A DNA stretch of 64,000 bases from Octopus sinensis (GCF_006345805.1 NC_043015.1:48546001-48610000); one strand, 5' to 3'. Shown: positions 12,500 to 26,700, counted from the first letter of the stretch. The notes: generated by a model from the letters alone, not told the origin. Program-made: numbers and translations.

Positions 12500-12969
12500 T
12501 TTTAATTTTAAAAAGATGATAAATCTAAATCTTATTGTAGTTCAATTTCATTATAATTAAATTTGACATTATCTAAAACATCTAATGCGTAACTATGTTA
12601 CTTACGCAGCAATAACTTACTTTAATGGAATTCTCATTAAATATTTTTTTAATATTCATGGGATATATGGACGTGTTAATTCTGGTTAAGAAGCACCTAA
12701 ATACATTTTAGCCACTTGTTTTTTAATGGGTGTGTCAGTAAAAGTTATGATGGTTACATCATCACCATCATCTAACGTCCGTTTTCCATGCTAGCATGGG
12801 TTGGACGGTTCGACTGGGATCTGGGAAGCCAGGAGGCTGTGCCAGGCTCCAGTCTGATCTGGCAGGAAAAATTAAATGCTTAACAGTTATGTAAGTATAG
12901 TTTTGACATTAAAAACATCTAAATATTACCAGATGAAAAAAATAACAGTAGATAAATGAAATTTCTTAC

Positions 12970-13137
12970 CTCACCATAAACCTTAAATGTGCAGGATTCT
13001 TCATCTAAATCAATTCCTGTAATACCTTGTACTTTTCTAGCTTGTTGAATGTTACTGCCATGAGTACCTATAGATAAGCCCATCAAATCTTCTCGAACAG
13101 AAAATTCTTCCATGTAACCAGACCGAATTTTAGCACT
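12970..13137 (-). CDS. FMR1: FMR1 exon 8 (KH1: [56 protein letters not shown])
   Basis: Highly conserved KH1 with the GTHG GxxG loop; AG/GTAAG boundaries; 168 nt. Confidence 0.97.
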
Positions 13138-13325
13138 CTAAAAGAAAAAGATTCAAAACAGAAAAAATAAATTAGATAAAATGCCTTGATGAAAAGAGAA
13201 CTTTACTGGAAAAAGTAAATGTGAAGTAGATTAAATAAATATAGGAACGGATTTAGTAACAAACTGCCACATCATACATAAAACAAAGAAAAAAATTAAA
13301 ACGATGATTATCAAAATCTCCTTAC

Positions 13326-13442
13326 CTGTAATTTTTTAACAGCTTCCTCAGTTCTTTGTTTTAATAAAACTTTCTGGCGTAAGTTCCTCAGAAACATATC
13401 TCCCATCAATGAAGCTTTCTTTATCACAGAGAAATTAGTGGA
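13326..13442 (-). CDS. FMR1: FMR1 exon 7 (STNFSVIKKASLMGDMFLRNLRQKVLLKQRTEEAVKKLQ)
   Basis: TAG acceptor and GTAAG donor; 117 nt; matches FMRP DMHFRSLRTKLSL...EEASKQLE. Confidence 0.93.
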
Positions 13443-13525
13443 CTAAAATTAAAAGAAGAAATAGATTTTTAATAGATACATGCAAAACAAAAGGGAATAA
13501 CAACAGTACAAAAATAGATACTAAC

Positions 13526-13619
13526 CACAACAACTAATGCATTATCATCTGAATTATATATAACAACGGCTGCACCACAATGCTTCTTGAACTCTGCTAA
13601 TGTACTTTCTTCTCTGCAA
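13526..13619 (-). CDS. FMR1: FMR1 exon 6 (CREESTLAEFKKHCGAAVVIYNSDDNALVVV, KH0)
   Basis: TTCTTCTTCAG acceptor and GTTAGT donor; 94 nt. Confidence 0.92.
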
Positions 13620-13769
13620 CTGAAGAAGAATGCGAGAGATTTTGTGAGACTTATTGGATTGCTTTTGATTGAGAACAACACTTAAGAACAGAAATAGAAT
13701 GTACAAATTAATTATTAACAAAAATGACACATACACACACACAAAAAGTGAGAAAAGGGAAAAACTTAC

Positions 13770-13835
13770 ACTTCTCTTAAGTCAGATGGCACTTCAAGAA
13801 TCGCTTTCCGAAAACTATCTTTTGAAATACAGGGA
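13770..13835 (-). CDS. FMR1: FMR1 exon 5 (PCISKDSFRKAILEVPSDLRE)
   Basis: TAG acceptor and GTAAGT donor; 66 nt, phase 2 to 2; matches FMRP [20 protein letters not shown]. Confidence 0.92.
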
Positions 13836-15321
13836 CTACACAAATAGAAAAAGAAAAAGAATTGTTACAGGACATTCAGGTCGACAATTACAAAAATAAA
13901 ATTGGAAGCTATGTTGGATGACTTTTGGCTCTGAATCTACAATAAAGATTAATCCTAAGCCATCATTTCAAGCCGACCAAACAGCATAGCAAGCTTTCAG
14001 AGCGGACAACTAAGTCTCACCAAACATTTGGCAGGGTCTAAGAATGACTTATTTTCACAGGTTAGATGTCAACAAAGCATTGCTGCATTTCAGTGAAAGC
14101 TTCAACCGCTTTTAAAGAGACAACTTTAATGTCTCTCTCTCTAGTTTACATTCAAAGAAAGACATTTTATCTCATTCATCAACAAACCTGCACCAGAATT
14201 CACTTTTATTTCAGGCACCTCCATAAACTTCCTTGATTTCTTTTTGCTATTGACAGTAGCAACCTTTCAACCTTCTTTTTCTCCATATAAACATCATCAT
14301 CATTGTTTAACGTCCGTTTTCCGTGCTAGCATGGGTTGGACGGTTCAACCAGGATCTGGGAAGCCAGGAGGCTGCACCAGGCTCCAGTCTGATCTGGCAG
14401 CGTTTCTACAGCTGGATGCCCTTCCTAACGCCAACCACTCCGTGAGTGTAGTGGGTGCATTTTATGTGCCACTGGCACAGGTGCCAGGGGAGGCTGGCAG
14501 CGACCACGATCGGTTGGTGCTTTTTACGTGCCACCGGCACAGAAGCCAGTCAAGGTGGTGCTGGCATCGGTTCCTACCTGGATTCATTTTCTTCTAACCC
14601 CAGACAAAGCTCATAACTTTCAACTCCACTTATAACAAAGATGAAGAAATGTGCTGTATCTTTACATAAAGTTACCCTTCTTCTGAGAATACAATTGTGA
14701 TATGCAGCTATCAACAAGAATTATTCTGACAGGAGTTTTGTTGTCAGGGTTCCAAACCATGTCATAACATATCTGGTTATTTGGAATTAAAGATTAAAAG
14801 GCCACTTCTCTACATGAGTGGTTGGATTTAAACCCATGATTTTTATTTAAGCCCTTTAGCACTGAAACCAGCCATATCTAGCACAAATATTCTAGCTGTT
14901 TTATGTTCAAACTCACTCATACCTATCCTATTAATGTCTTTCTAAAAAGAAACAATCATCAAAATCTCAAAGGTGCAAGGTAAGTTAAGATCAATTCAGA
15001 ACAATATGGATAAATAAGCATTACATTGAACAAATTTGATTGCTAAAGTGTTAATAATCAGCAATTACTTCAAATCATCACCATCATTATCATCATTGTT
15101 TAATGTATGTCATCCATGCTGGCATGGGTCGGATGGTGTGATAGGAGCGGGTTAAGTAGACGACATGTGGCACCAGAGCAGGTGAGGCCAGTTTTGGCAA
15201 ATAACTCATTAAATAATGCACAACTTATAAGTGACCAAAAAAAAAAAAAAAAAAAAAAGCAATATGAAAAACTTACAAAAGGGAAAAAAATAATCTTTTA
15301 CAAACAAAATTTTCTACTCAC

Positions 15322-15476
15322 TTTTCATTTAAAGGCCGAATCCTTTCCAAAGGAAGAATGTCTGTGTTTGAAGACTCAAAACCTGAATATTCAACTACAA
15401 CAAAATCACCTTTCAACATTTTGATTTTGGACGGCCACCAACCTACCATGTCATCAGCCGCTGATCTACTAAGTGC
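15322..15476 (-). CDS. FMR1: FMR1 exon 4 (ALSRSAADDMVGWWPSKIKMLKGDFVVVEYSGFESSNTDILPLERIRPLNE, Agenet 2)
   Basis: CAG acceptor and GTGAGT donor; 155 nt; GWW...KMLKGDF Agenet-2 motif; lies within ORF 15318..15722. Confidence 0.93.
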
Positions 15477-18289
15477 CTGAAAGCATAAAGAAATGGTAAA
15501 CAGAATTTCAAGAGTGTGAGCATGAATGTAGAAGTCAGCAGGCAACAGACAAGGATACACTAACAAATATGTGTGTATGTGTATACATATAGCATATACA
15601 CACACACACACACACACATACACACAAAAAAAAATTGTGAATGAACATCTGTGCCAAGATGTACAAAACAAACATCCCCAAAACATATCACCACACAGAC
15701 ACAAGAATATGCATTGTCTCACAACAATACCATTTTATTTAAATTTTAAAATGCCTCTGATAAAAACAGGTACTATTTATGAATATTTTATAAGTCAACA
15801 CTTCAAATTATTACCATGTAACTTTAACAGTCACACAATTCTGCCAATATCTGTGCATACATTTCTACACACACATCAAGATAGATAAACACTTGTGTAT
15901 CTATGCACATATTCACAAGATTGTATATAGACACACACAGCTAGGCAGACAAACATTCTCTCACTCTCACATAGACCTTGGAAGATAGAAATAATTTGTT
16001 AGTTTAATACCACCAACACAACCACCTGACCAGTAAGTGCCTTTAGTGGCATAACACATCTGGAAGTAGTCAGGGCAGGTCTTTCATTGGAGAATAACTT
16101 CCATTCTTCCTATGATGAAGATTATATACTATATTCACACACACATGAATAAATGATGCATATACGTGTATACCAGGCATGACTATGTGATTAAGAATTT
16201 TGCTTCCTACCTATAAGATTTTAGGTTCATTCTCATAGCATGGCACCTTGGGCTGAACAAAGCTTAAGTGATTTGGTAGATATAAACTGAAAGAAGCCTG
16301 TCATATGTGTGAGTTCATATTCCCATTTCATCTTCATGTGTTTGCTGGTTGTAAACAGTGGCCTTGCTGTTCATGCAAGATGGTGCTAATTGCTGGCAGC
16401 CCACGGTGAAAGCATGTTTGGGTTTTTTGATAGGCCTTGACATGCTGAGTGGTCTTCGCAAACAAAAAGCTCACTCAAACGGTGTAAATTGTTTCCCATT
16501 CTCTAAGTAACCCTGCTTGGATTGTTTGTTGCTTGTGAGACTGAAAGATTATTACCTCACTAAAAAACAGAATGGGTTTGGCACTAGGAAAGGCATCTGA
16601 CCATAAAACCTGCTCATATTAGACATTAAAATGATGTTGATTATATATAATATATATATATATAATAATTATTTGAGGGAATATATATATATATATATAT
16701 ATAGTGGGTAGATGGATAGATAGATGCATGGCATGGTAGATGGATGGAGAGAGTTCAATATGTATGGATATATACATGCAACCCATCTTCTAACACCACC
16801 CCCACTTGAGTTCACCACTTGCTGTATTCTACTCCCTTCTAGCTCCCAACTTTCCCTTTGCACCCTTGCAAACAATGTGTGTCTGTTGGCTCTCTTCTCC
16901 GCAACATGGCTTCTTAACACCCCTTCTCTTAATTTATGTCCACTTACCATGCCCCCTCCCATTCTCTTCCTGCAACCTTGAAGTTGCCCACACACACACT
17001 TTATCCAGTCCTTGGTCCCACTACACTTAGATATACCTCCCTGCAATTTCACTGTACTCACCCGTCCATCACATCATCCTCTCTCCTCTGAGGTAGCCAC
17101 ATATCTCCTTTACTGCAAGATACCCCATTTCTGTCTCTCCATACTCTGACCTCTCATCACCTGGTACAAAGCCACCTCCTTCAAAACTACTGCCCTGTTC
17201 CAGTTGAGTGGGGGCCTTGCAAGTTATTTGGTGATTTCGTTCCTGCTGGTGTCACATTAAAAGCACCCAATCCACTCTGTAAAGTCGTTGGTATTAGGAA
17301 GGACATCCAGCCATAGAAACCATGCCAAATTAGACCCCACCAGTGCTGCTGCTACATAAAAAGCACCCTGTCTATTTGTAAAGTGGTTTCTGTTAGGAAG
17401 GGCATTCAGTTGTAAAAACCCTGCCAAAACAGGCAAAAGAGCTTGATGCAGTCTTCAGGTTTGTCAACTCCTGTCAAATCATCTAATCCATGCCAGTATG
17501 AAAAATAGACATTAAATGAAGGTGATATACACATTGTGAAGGTCAAGTTGACTGGGAATTCAAGTTGGCTTATTTGACTAGTGAAAGGAACTTTACCTAC
17601 TTGCGTAAAATTTTCACCAAAAGTGTACCATATGATATGGGTTTAACTATTTAAGAATTTCAATGGAACGAATTCCATTCACAGGAGTGGTATCTGGCAG
17701 TACAGAAATGGTAATATGGTATTTAGGAACAGGTTCTGCTTTTATTTCTTAAACAGTGGAAAAATACAGTAGACAGAGGAGTGACAGAGGAATGTGTATA
17801 TGCATGTGTTTGATAAAGAGGTTCACTTCTCAACCATGTGGTTTTGGGTTCAGTTCCACTGCACATCACCATGGACAAATATCTATTGTAGTTCTGGGTC
17901 AACCAATCCCTTGTTATAAGTGCAAACTCTATACATGTGTGTGTGTGTGAGAATGCACCTCACTTCAAAAGTGTAGAGCTACAAATGTCGAAGTTTGTTA
18001 AGAATTTTCCTGTTGATAATACACTTTTAAAGATTTGTAGAATATAAAACAATATCTGAAAAACATGTAAGGGTTAGCAACAGGATGAGCACCTGCCTGT
18101 GTAACAAGGTTACAATATGTATGTTGAAACTATGGCAAAACAGGCATAAAACCAATGAAAACACATGCAAACCGATACACTATATGCTATAAAACTAAAT
18201 TCTTTGCCATGAAAGAAGAATCTATATATATATCTACACAGCTGGCCAACTTGCTTGGACTAATGTAATTTCTTCCATGCAAGATGACC

Positions 18290-18780
18290 TGGTCTTTCAT
18301 AGCAGTCTTCATATCCTCCTTAACCTGATATCCAGTGTCTTTCACAAGTTGGTTGATAATATCTCTTCTTGGTATGCTGATACCTGTATGTCATATGCAG
18401 ATTTCCAGAGATAATTGGATATCTTATCCTTCCTTCTTCAACAGTGTCCAGCGTAACTTTAGGTTTTTTTGGGGTGGGGGTGATGTTAGGAAGACTGCCA
18501 TACAGTTGCTGCTGCTTTGTAGTGTGTTGCTGGCAAGAAAGATTGAGAACTGCATGAAGCATTCTTGTGTATGTACCGTAAGGCTTCTTTTAAAAGTTTT
18601 TTGTTCAGAGTCCATGCTGAAGAATCACAGAGAAATACTGATTCAAGAAACCCTTCTACACGTCTTCAAGAAGAGAGAACTTCCACGTAATTCTGAGTGT
18701 CTTGGGCATACCATGCTTTTGCAATCTTTACCTAGTTGTCCTTTTCTGTTGAAACAACGTTACTTCCCAGGTAGGTAAAG
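18290..18780 (-). mobile_element. Degenerate RTE-like LINE ORF fragment
   Basis: QQHTTKQQLYGSLPNIT...RYAGHC-like C-terminal RT-region residues; heavily decayed. Confidence 0.45.
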
Positions 18781-19805
18781 TCATCAACCATCTTCAGATT
18801 GGTGCCATTCAGGGTACAGATCCACTTAGAAGGGTTTTCCCATTGGGTCCACATAAGATATTGATGGGCTCAAAGATCTTCAAAATAACCATTCTTACAT
18901 CTACGATCCAAAAGAACCCTAATATATATTCAGGCCTTAAGACTAATCTATTCCCGGACATAATTATGGTTAATAGCAAACGACATGTATTCTACATCAG
19001 TTTTCACAAAAATACAAATTCTTATATATTTATTGTGACAGAGAAAACCTCCAGAGATACAAAATGGATATCCATATCTATATACATATAGATCAACATC
19101 ATTTAACGTCCATTTTTCCATGCTTGCATGGGTGAGATGGAATTTGTTGAGGCAGATTTTCTAATACCAAATGCCTGTCCTGTTGGCAGCCCTTTCTGTT
19201 TCCAAGCAGGGTAATGTTTCCCACGACTAAACGTCTGTCTTAGAAGACTGAAAAATGAACACCACTTGTATGGTAGTGGTGCTCATTGATAATCATTACA
19301 TGATATCAAGACAAGAGTAAACACACTATATATACACATGCACATAATGAGTTTATGTTCTCATCCACCAAATCCATTCACAAGGCTCTGATCAACCCAA
19401 GCCTATAACAGAAGGCATTTGTCCAAGGTACTGTGCAATGGGATTGAACCTGAAACCATACAGCAAGGTTTGTGTCTATAGATATGCATATCTATATGAG
19501 ACAAACTAACAAACACAATCACACATACACATGAAAGCGTAAGGTTTGGGAGTTATGTCAACTCTCTAGTATATGTTGGTTGCAGACTTTTTGAACATAT
19601 CACATCACAGAACAGCTTAATTATTCAATCAAATCCTTTTTGCTTAACCCCTTTTGTTACCATATTTCTGCTGAAATACTCTGCCTTTGTTTCAATATAT
19701 TCTGAAAATAATGAACAATTTTAATAAAATCTGTCGTACTAGGTTGGTGTTTGGGAATGTAAATTAGCAGGAAATTTTGGTGGAATGTTTTCACCCCATG
19801 TCACT

Positions 19806-20278
<473 letters not shown>

Positions 20279-20379
20279 AACAAGAAGCTTGTAGAACCCA
20301 GTGCAGTCTCAGACAAGTTGGTATCATAAACGATTAACAGCAAGCAATGTTATTTCTTTACGTTTAGTTTATAACTTAC

Positions 20380-20476
20380 CTCAACATTATCATCAACTTT
20401 GTAATCCAACTTGGGGGGCATTTCCTTTGGAGGTAACCGGACTTCAGAGAATTTAACTCTTTTCTCGGGCAATGTA
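20380..20476 (-). CDS. FMR1: FMR1 exon 3 (TLPEKRVKFSEVRLPPKEMPPKLDYKVDDNVE)
   Basis: Poly-T/TAG acceptor and GTAAGT donor; 97 nt and frame-compatible; contains the FMRP-like VRLPP motif. Preceded by a ~23-kb intron. Confidence 0.92.
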
Positions 20477-21195
20477 CTATAACAAAGAAAAAAAAAAAAA
20501 TTATATCTCAAATGACAATATGAACCATTTTGAAGAACTGAAGAAAATGTGAAGGAATATTAAAAAAACTGTCACATTTATATATATCACATTCCTTTCA
20601 CTGATAACATTGTCTTTTGACTTTCTCTTTGGTTTCCCTTATCAAAATTAAAGAACATATGAATCCTGACCAAGAACCCCCCTCCCAAGTTGTTCTGAAG
20701 CTGTATTTGAAATACGATACAACAATGCATATCATATTTCAAATACATACATACAGCATCATACATGCTACCAAAGCCTGGTGATGTTCTGAAGAAATGG
20801 CCCCTCCCCATAGTGCAAATCGAAAAGGGTATTCACAAGTTCTTGAAGACAACTCAGAGAATATACTTGTAGTAAATTATCAGAGAAAACAAAGCAGAAA
20901 AGAGATTAGTAGCTTACTATTCCAATAAATATGCACATTACCATGTATGCTATCAATATGTTTGAACCATTCTGGCAAGACACCACTTACACATTTAAAC
21001 CAAGTCATCGAACTTTATATATATTTTATAATAGTTTACTATTAGAGCTAACACATTCAACTTACCACTTTAATGGGCCTCCATACTGTACCTATCTACC
21101 AGATTAACTCATAAGGCATTGGTTGATCTGGGGTCACTGAAGACATTTGTATAAGATACCTTGAGGCCGACTCCCACTTTCTACATCTGTATGTA

Positions 21196-21231
<36 letters not shown>

Positions 21232-21420
21232 GTAGTTAATCCAAACAAGAAAGCACAAAAAACACAATGCGAGGACGTAGAACAAATATAGTATTATTGG
21301 ACGCTCAGGAAAGGAGGGTTTAATGTTTCGAGCGGAGCTCTTCGTCGGAAACATAGAAGGAAAGATCCAGAGAAGGGAAGACAGAGGAAAAAAAATCGCC
21401 AACGGTACACACGCAGTCAT
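21232..21420 (-). ncRNA. Penelope-like terminal fragment with a minimal hammerhead motif, between TA/TG tracts
   Basis: Minus strand GTTT-CCGACGA-A-GAGC-TCC-GCTC-GAAAC-ATT-AAAC at ~21318-21352; stem I GTTT/AAAC, stem II GAGC/GCTC. Confidence 0.6.
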
Positions 21421-22799
21421 ATATATTATATACATACTACCAAACCCAGATAACATCCCGAAGAAAAGAGCACACCTCAACCAACCCCTATGGATATAAA
21501 TTTAATTAATGGGTACATTTCCTGAGCCCCAGTGATACAGCAGCTATAACACCTACTTTAAGATAGCACTGACTGTGTTACTCAGTACAGAGGATCGGAA
21601 TGAATAACATTAAGCATTTTATTTGATGCTCTAATGCCAGTGCCAATCACCCTACCAGCTCAAGTTTCACACTACCACTGCAATCTCGAGTTTTACCTGA
21701 GCATCAGCAGTGAGAAACTTGAGTCACAAGACAAACTTTCAGTTTCAATAAAATAAGAAACATTTTCTACAACATATATTGAGCACTTCTTATTCATCTT
21801 GACCTAAATCAACATAAGTATACAAGCTTCTAAGTATATGCACACATATATAAAACACATTCTTCCATTTGCTTTTACATTCATTTTTCCATGGGTTAAA
21901 TATATTTGAGGAATTGTTTTACAGCCAGATGTCCTTCCTGTTTATTATTAACCCATATCAAACTGCCAAGAAAGAAATTTCTGACTAAGCACACTTCTGA
22001 AAGCAGAAAGCCAGTGGATAATTTGACAAATTTAAATCAACACACACATACAACAGGCATAATCTAGTTTTTGTCAACAAAAAATCCTTCACAAGCCATT
22101 TGTAGGCTAGGATGATAGAAGATGCTTGCCTGAAGTGCAGCACAGAGGGACTGAATCCAAAGCCATATGCTTGTGGAACAAACTTCTTAATGACACAGTC
22201 TTGCCTATATTCATGTGTGTGCATGTAAGCTCTTTCATTGGTGGTTCATTCCTTTCTATAGTAAATGAGAAGATCGTCTTCATGGGAGTCTATTTTAAAT
22301 TTGTCTTCATTTGTGATTGTTTTCTTTTATTACCGCAATAAAGTCAATATTTGCAATATAGATGCAACTATCACACCAGAATCAAAACGGATTTTGAAAG
22401 AGAGGGATAAGAGATATATAAAGAAAGTATTTCACTAAGAGGAAGTCATTTTTATTCATAGTTCATCAGTTACGTACCCCCCCCCCCCAAAAAAAAAACC
22501 TATAAATTTACATGCAGATTAGAAGAGCCCAATTTTGTCTTCCTGGAGAAGTAACTTTTGCAGATGCAGTTGTAGAAATTTAGATAAAACTGTCTCCAGT
22601 AGAGTGTTTAAACCATGCATGTCTAAGCAAGTTTCTTATTCATATACACTCACAACCAATGCCAAAATTGTTTGGAAAATGTAAGCACTTCTTTCACAGG
22701 TTGTTTGTTCCTTTCTACAGCAAAGGAGAGACCCATCTTAACAGGAGTCACAATGAAGTAAATTTAGATCCAATGGAATACATAATATATAATATATAT

Positions 22800-23117
22800 A
22801 ATGAAATTATTGTATAGTGCTCAGGTGCACCACAACTTGACAAAAAGTGCGTATAAAGAATATGCAGTAATGTACAAATGTCTGGAAAGCGAACAATGTA
22901 TGAGTCAGATACATGCTTGCGTGTGTATGGAGGGGAGAAAATCAGGTGTAGTGTTGGCGGATCTCAGGAAGCATGGAAGTTTTGAAGGATGCAGTGCTCC
23001 GACAACTAACAACTGATGCCGGCAGTTTGTTCCATGCTTCAGCAACTCTTAGCGTGAAAAAATGTTTCCTAAAGTCATGGGAGCTGTGCTGTTTTCTGAC
23101 TTTGTAAACATGTCTAC
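22800..23117 (-). mobile_element. CR1-clade LINE 3' end
   Basis: HVYKVRKQHSSHDFRKHFFTLRVAEAWNKLPASVVSCRSTASFK, the typical CR1 ORF2 C-terminal FF..RV...WN.LP..VV motif. Confidence 0.85.
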
Positions 23118-25450
23118 ATTTCTTTTTCATTTCAACCAGAAAGTCCATCATATTCATATATGGGACTAATTTTTTTTTTATCTATTTGGACCTCATCAGT
23201 AGAAAGAAATTAACCGTAAACATGTTTAGGTGCATCTTATTGGCATATGAGTTTTCTCCTCTGTGGCTAAACAGATGATTCAGCCTCTCACACCTACACT
23301 ACAACAACATACTAAAAAACAATTACATCAAAACCAGGAAGCCATGAGATAATGTGATAACAATGTCAATAAACATTACATTTGATAAAATTATCTGAAT
23401 GCTTAAGGATTTAAATGAAGAGAGTATATAAGCTTGGGGGACATGGTGCCTCACCAAATGTTTATGTTCTCTACACATTCCACATTATCTTATCACCAAT
23501 AATAAATAGCCATGCAGTTTATAGCAAGATGATCAAAATTAAGAGCTAAGTAATACTTTTTCATCAATGTTTATTATTTGTACATAAAAGCCTTCATCTG
23601 GCTTACTGAACTATTTTTAACACTAGTATTCAAACTGACCATATCCGGCACAAATTTCCTACTGGCTTTAAGTTGAAACAGGCCTAACCAGGCCCCTCAC
23701 GTATACTCTAGAATGTCATTCACAAAATAAACCACCATATCAACAAACACTTGAAGCTACACGATATTTCAAGTTTAATTCAAAACAATGTGAATAAATA
23801 AGCATTCCATTTAACAGAACCTAAATGCTAAAGGGTTAATTATTCAATTATCCCCAGGGACAATTTAACCTAATTTAACATCCGTTTTCATATTGGCATG
23901 ATGTGTTGGACAGTTTGACAGGATCTAGCAAGCTACAGGACTGCATCAAGTTCCAATGTCAGCTTTGCCATAGCTTCAACTGCTGGATGCCTTTCCTAAT
24001 GCTAACCACTTTACTGAGGGTACTGGGTCTCATGTCACCAACACCAGTGAGGTTGCTAAGTAACTTGCAAGACCAATAAGACCAAGGGAAAACCCTCTTC
24101 ACTAAATTGGGGGGGAGGGTATGAGATGGTTCTATGCCAGGTTGATAAACTGAAGTACAGTAGAGAGAGAGCGAAACCAAAGTGTCATATTATAGAAGAG
24201 ATACAAGGCTACCCTGCATTATATAACAGTGGGTGTCAGTAGTTGGAAAGAAGATAAAGGTGGTGATGGGGATGCCAGAGCATCTCAAGATACAAGAAGG
24301 CGGGTGTAAAAGAAGCTAGACAGTGAATTAGTGGAGGGAAGGGGTAGGTTCATAAGAATGCGAGGGGAGAGTAATAGATAGTTAGAGATAGGGGTAGAGG
24401 TGAATGCAATGAGTGATGAACAGGGGTGGAGGTGCAGCTGATGGGAAATACCAGTATGGAGAGGGGTAACGTGAGGGATATAGGATAGGCTCAGGGAGGA
24501 GAATACATCAGAAAACAGTGAGATGATATTTAAGGTGTAGGAGCAGTGTTAACATTATAAATATATACATACATACATATATATATCAACCTAGCAAAGT
24601 TTATCCAACAGACTCCCAGATATTTTGTTGAATTTTGCCAATTACCTATTTTCTTACTAAACCTCTCGTTACCAGCCTGCCCTAAAATTGATTTATAATA
24701 CCAAACTACCCAAAATGATGTATCCATATTTAAACGAGAATCTCAATGCAAACCACATTACAATGTGGCTTCACTTGTTAAATACTTGCTTCACAATGCC
24801 TCACATTTTTTGACATGATTTTCCCGTCTTCTGATTTTTAGGATATTTTTTCCCTACATTGTAATGGTTACATTTTTTCAGTGACTTTACTACAGCGGGA
24901 GAAAAAAAAAAACAGTTTCACATTAAGAAGAAGCAGTTTGGAATTTGAAGGCTTTTCAAAAGAATATGCTGCAAAACCAAATGAAAAATGCAACAATTTT
25001 GATTAAGTGTTTGATGGAGAGTTAGGTATATTGATTACCAAAGCCTTCATCCAGCTCACTGAAGTATCTTTAACTAGTATTTAAACTGACTATATCCAGC
25101 ACAAATTTCCTACTTGATTTATGTTGAAACAAGCCAAACCAGGCCCCTCACACCTACTCTAGAATGTCATTCACAAAATAAACTATAGTCATCAGATATA
25201 GTAATGTAGTCAAGGATAGATTCTTTAAAGAAAAAAAAAAAAAAAAAAAAAGCAAAAGGAATATCCCTCTGAATTCAGCTAATCCCCACAAAATAGGAAG
25301 AATAAAAACCTCTCTGCCAAGAAGGTTACTATCAGAAAAGCTAAATTCCCAATGTATGGACAGTTAAAGTGACTTTCCACTTTGCATTCTGCCAGACTGA
25401 ATTTTTCAGAACAGGATGTTTAACCACTTGCCAATACAGAAACATTTTTG

Positions 25451-25489
<39 letters not shown>

Positions 25490-25599
25490 TATTCCCCAAC
25501 TTGCAATTAACTTAGAAACAAATAAACTCATCAAAAGTTGAAAAATATCTAAATCAAAATGAAACTTATAGCTCCCTAAACTTGCATTTCAACCAGTGT

Positions 25600-26700
25600 A
25601 AAAGTACTCAACATTAACATTCATATCCTTGAATATTTGCATCGCCTTACATACAGGAACTCCTCCAAGAAGGTCTGATTAGAAATCTCCTTGGTGTATC
25701 TAATACTTCATTTTTCTTTCAACTCTGTCAGTTCACTATTCTTCTGTTATCCAGCCTCGGTTGCTATCTTTGTCTACTTCAAGATATTTTACAAATCCTA
25801 CAATCTTTACACGAGCCACTTTGAATGTATTCACATTTGTTCCAAACACATTACTTCAAATACTGTTTATATTTTCTTAATTGTAATGAAAATACTGCAC
25901 TGTTTTCAAAACTCATGTAGTGAAGTGCTGTTTTTTGCTGAATTGGTTGACTTGGCAAAGAATATTTACTGACAATACGCTTTGTGAATGTATATAATAC
26001 CTTGACCCATAGGTGCTTAAGTGGTGTCATGTTTGGAAATAGCTACACTACTTTTATATCAGGGTTTAGCTGAGATGCAGATGACAGAATATTATTTAAA
26101 AGCAATAAAATTCCCAATGTAATTTTCTCCTTATTACAATATTCCTCAACATGGGAAACAAAACTACTCAGGAACCAGTCTTCACAGGCTTATTTAGACA
26201 GCCATACTTCTTGTTGTGGCAGTAGGTAATAACCAATTTGTATTCTTAAAAGCACAAAAGTCAGTTTTCACAAGAAGGAACAAAGAACTTCACTTTAGAC
26301 CAAACCTCATTTTTCTCTTAGAAGGGCCAAACTATATTGTCTTGAAATTTGGTATGCTTTTTGCTTTTTGATAAATGTAGGAACTTTCAGATACAGGCTT
26401 CCAATATAAACCAGTTTCATCGATGTTGAATATTTGTTCTGACAAATATTTTTAACTAATAGCTGCCTCAACACTTACTCGTTACACAGTGGAAATTACA
26501 GCACCTTTTTAGTGCATCCTTGATAATGTCCTTATCTTTTATAATAGTCAGAGATCATCAACTAAGACAAATCAAAATTACAGGTAATCACTCAAAGATT
26601 TTCTTCCTTCATGCTAGACTACTGTCTCAAACCTTGTTTCCAAAGCAACTGTGTTCTTCCACTAACAGGTAGAGATTCCTTTTACACTTGTCAGACTGGT
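25600..26700 (-). mobile_element. Degenerate pogo/Tigger transposase remnant
   Basis: YLSEQIFNIDETGLYWK at ~26400-26450, the pogo first catalytic-Asp motif; boundaries approximate. Confidence 0.65.
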
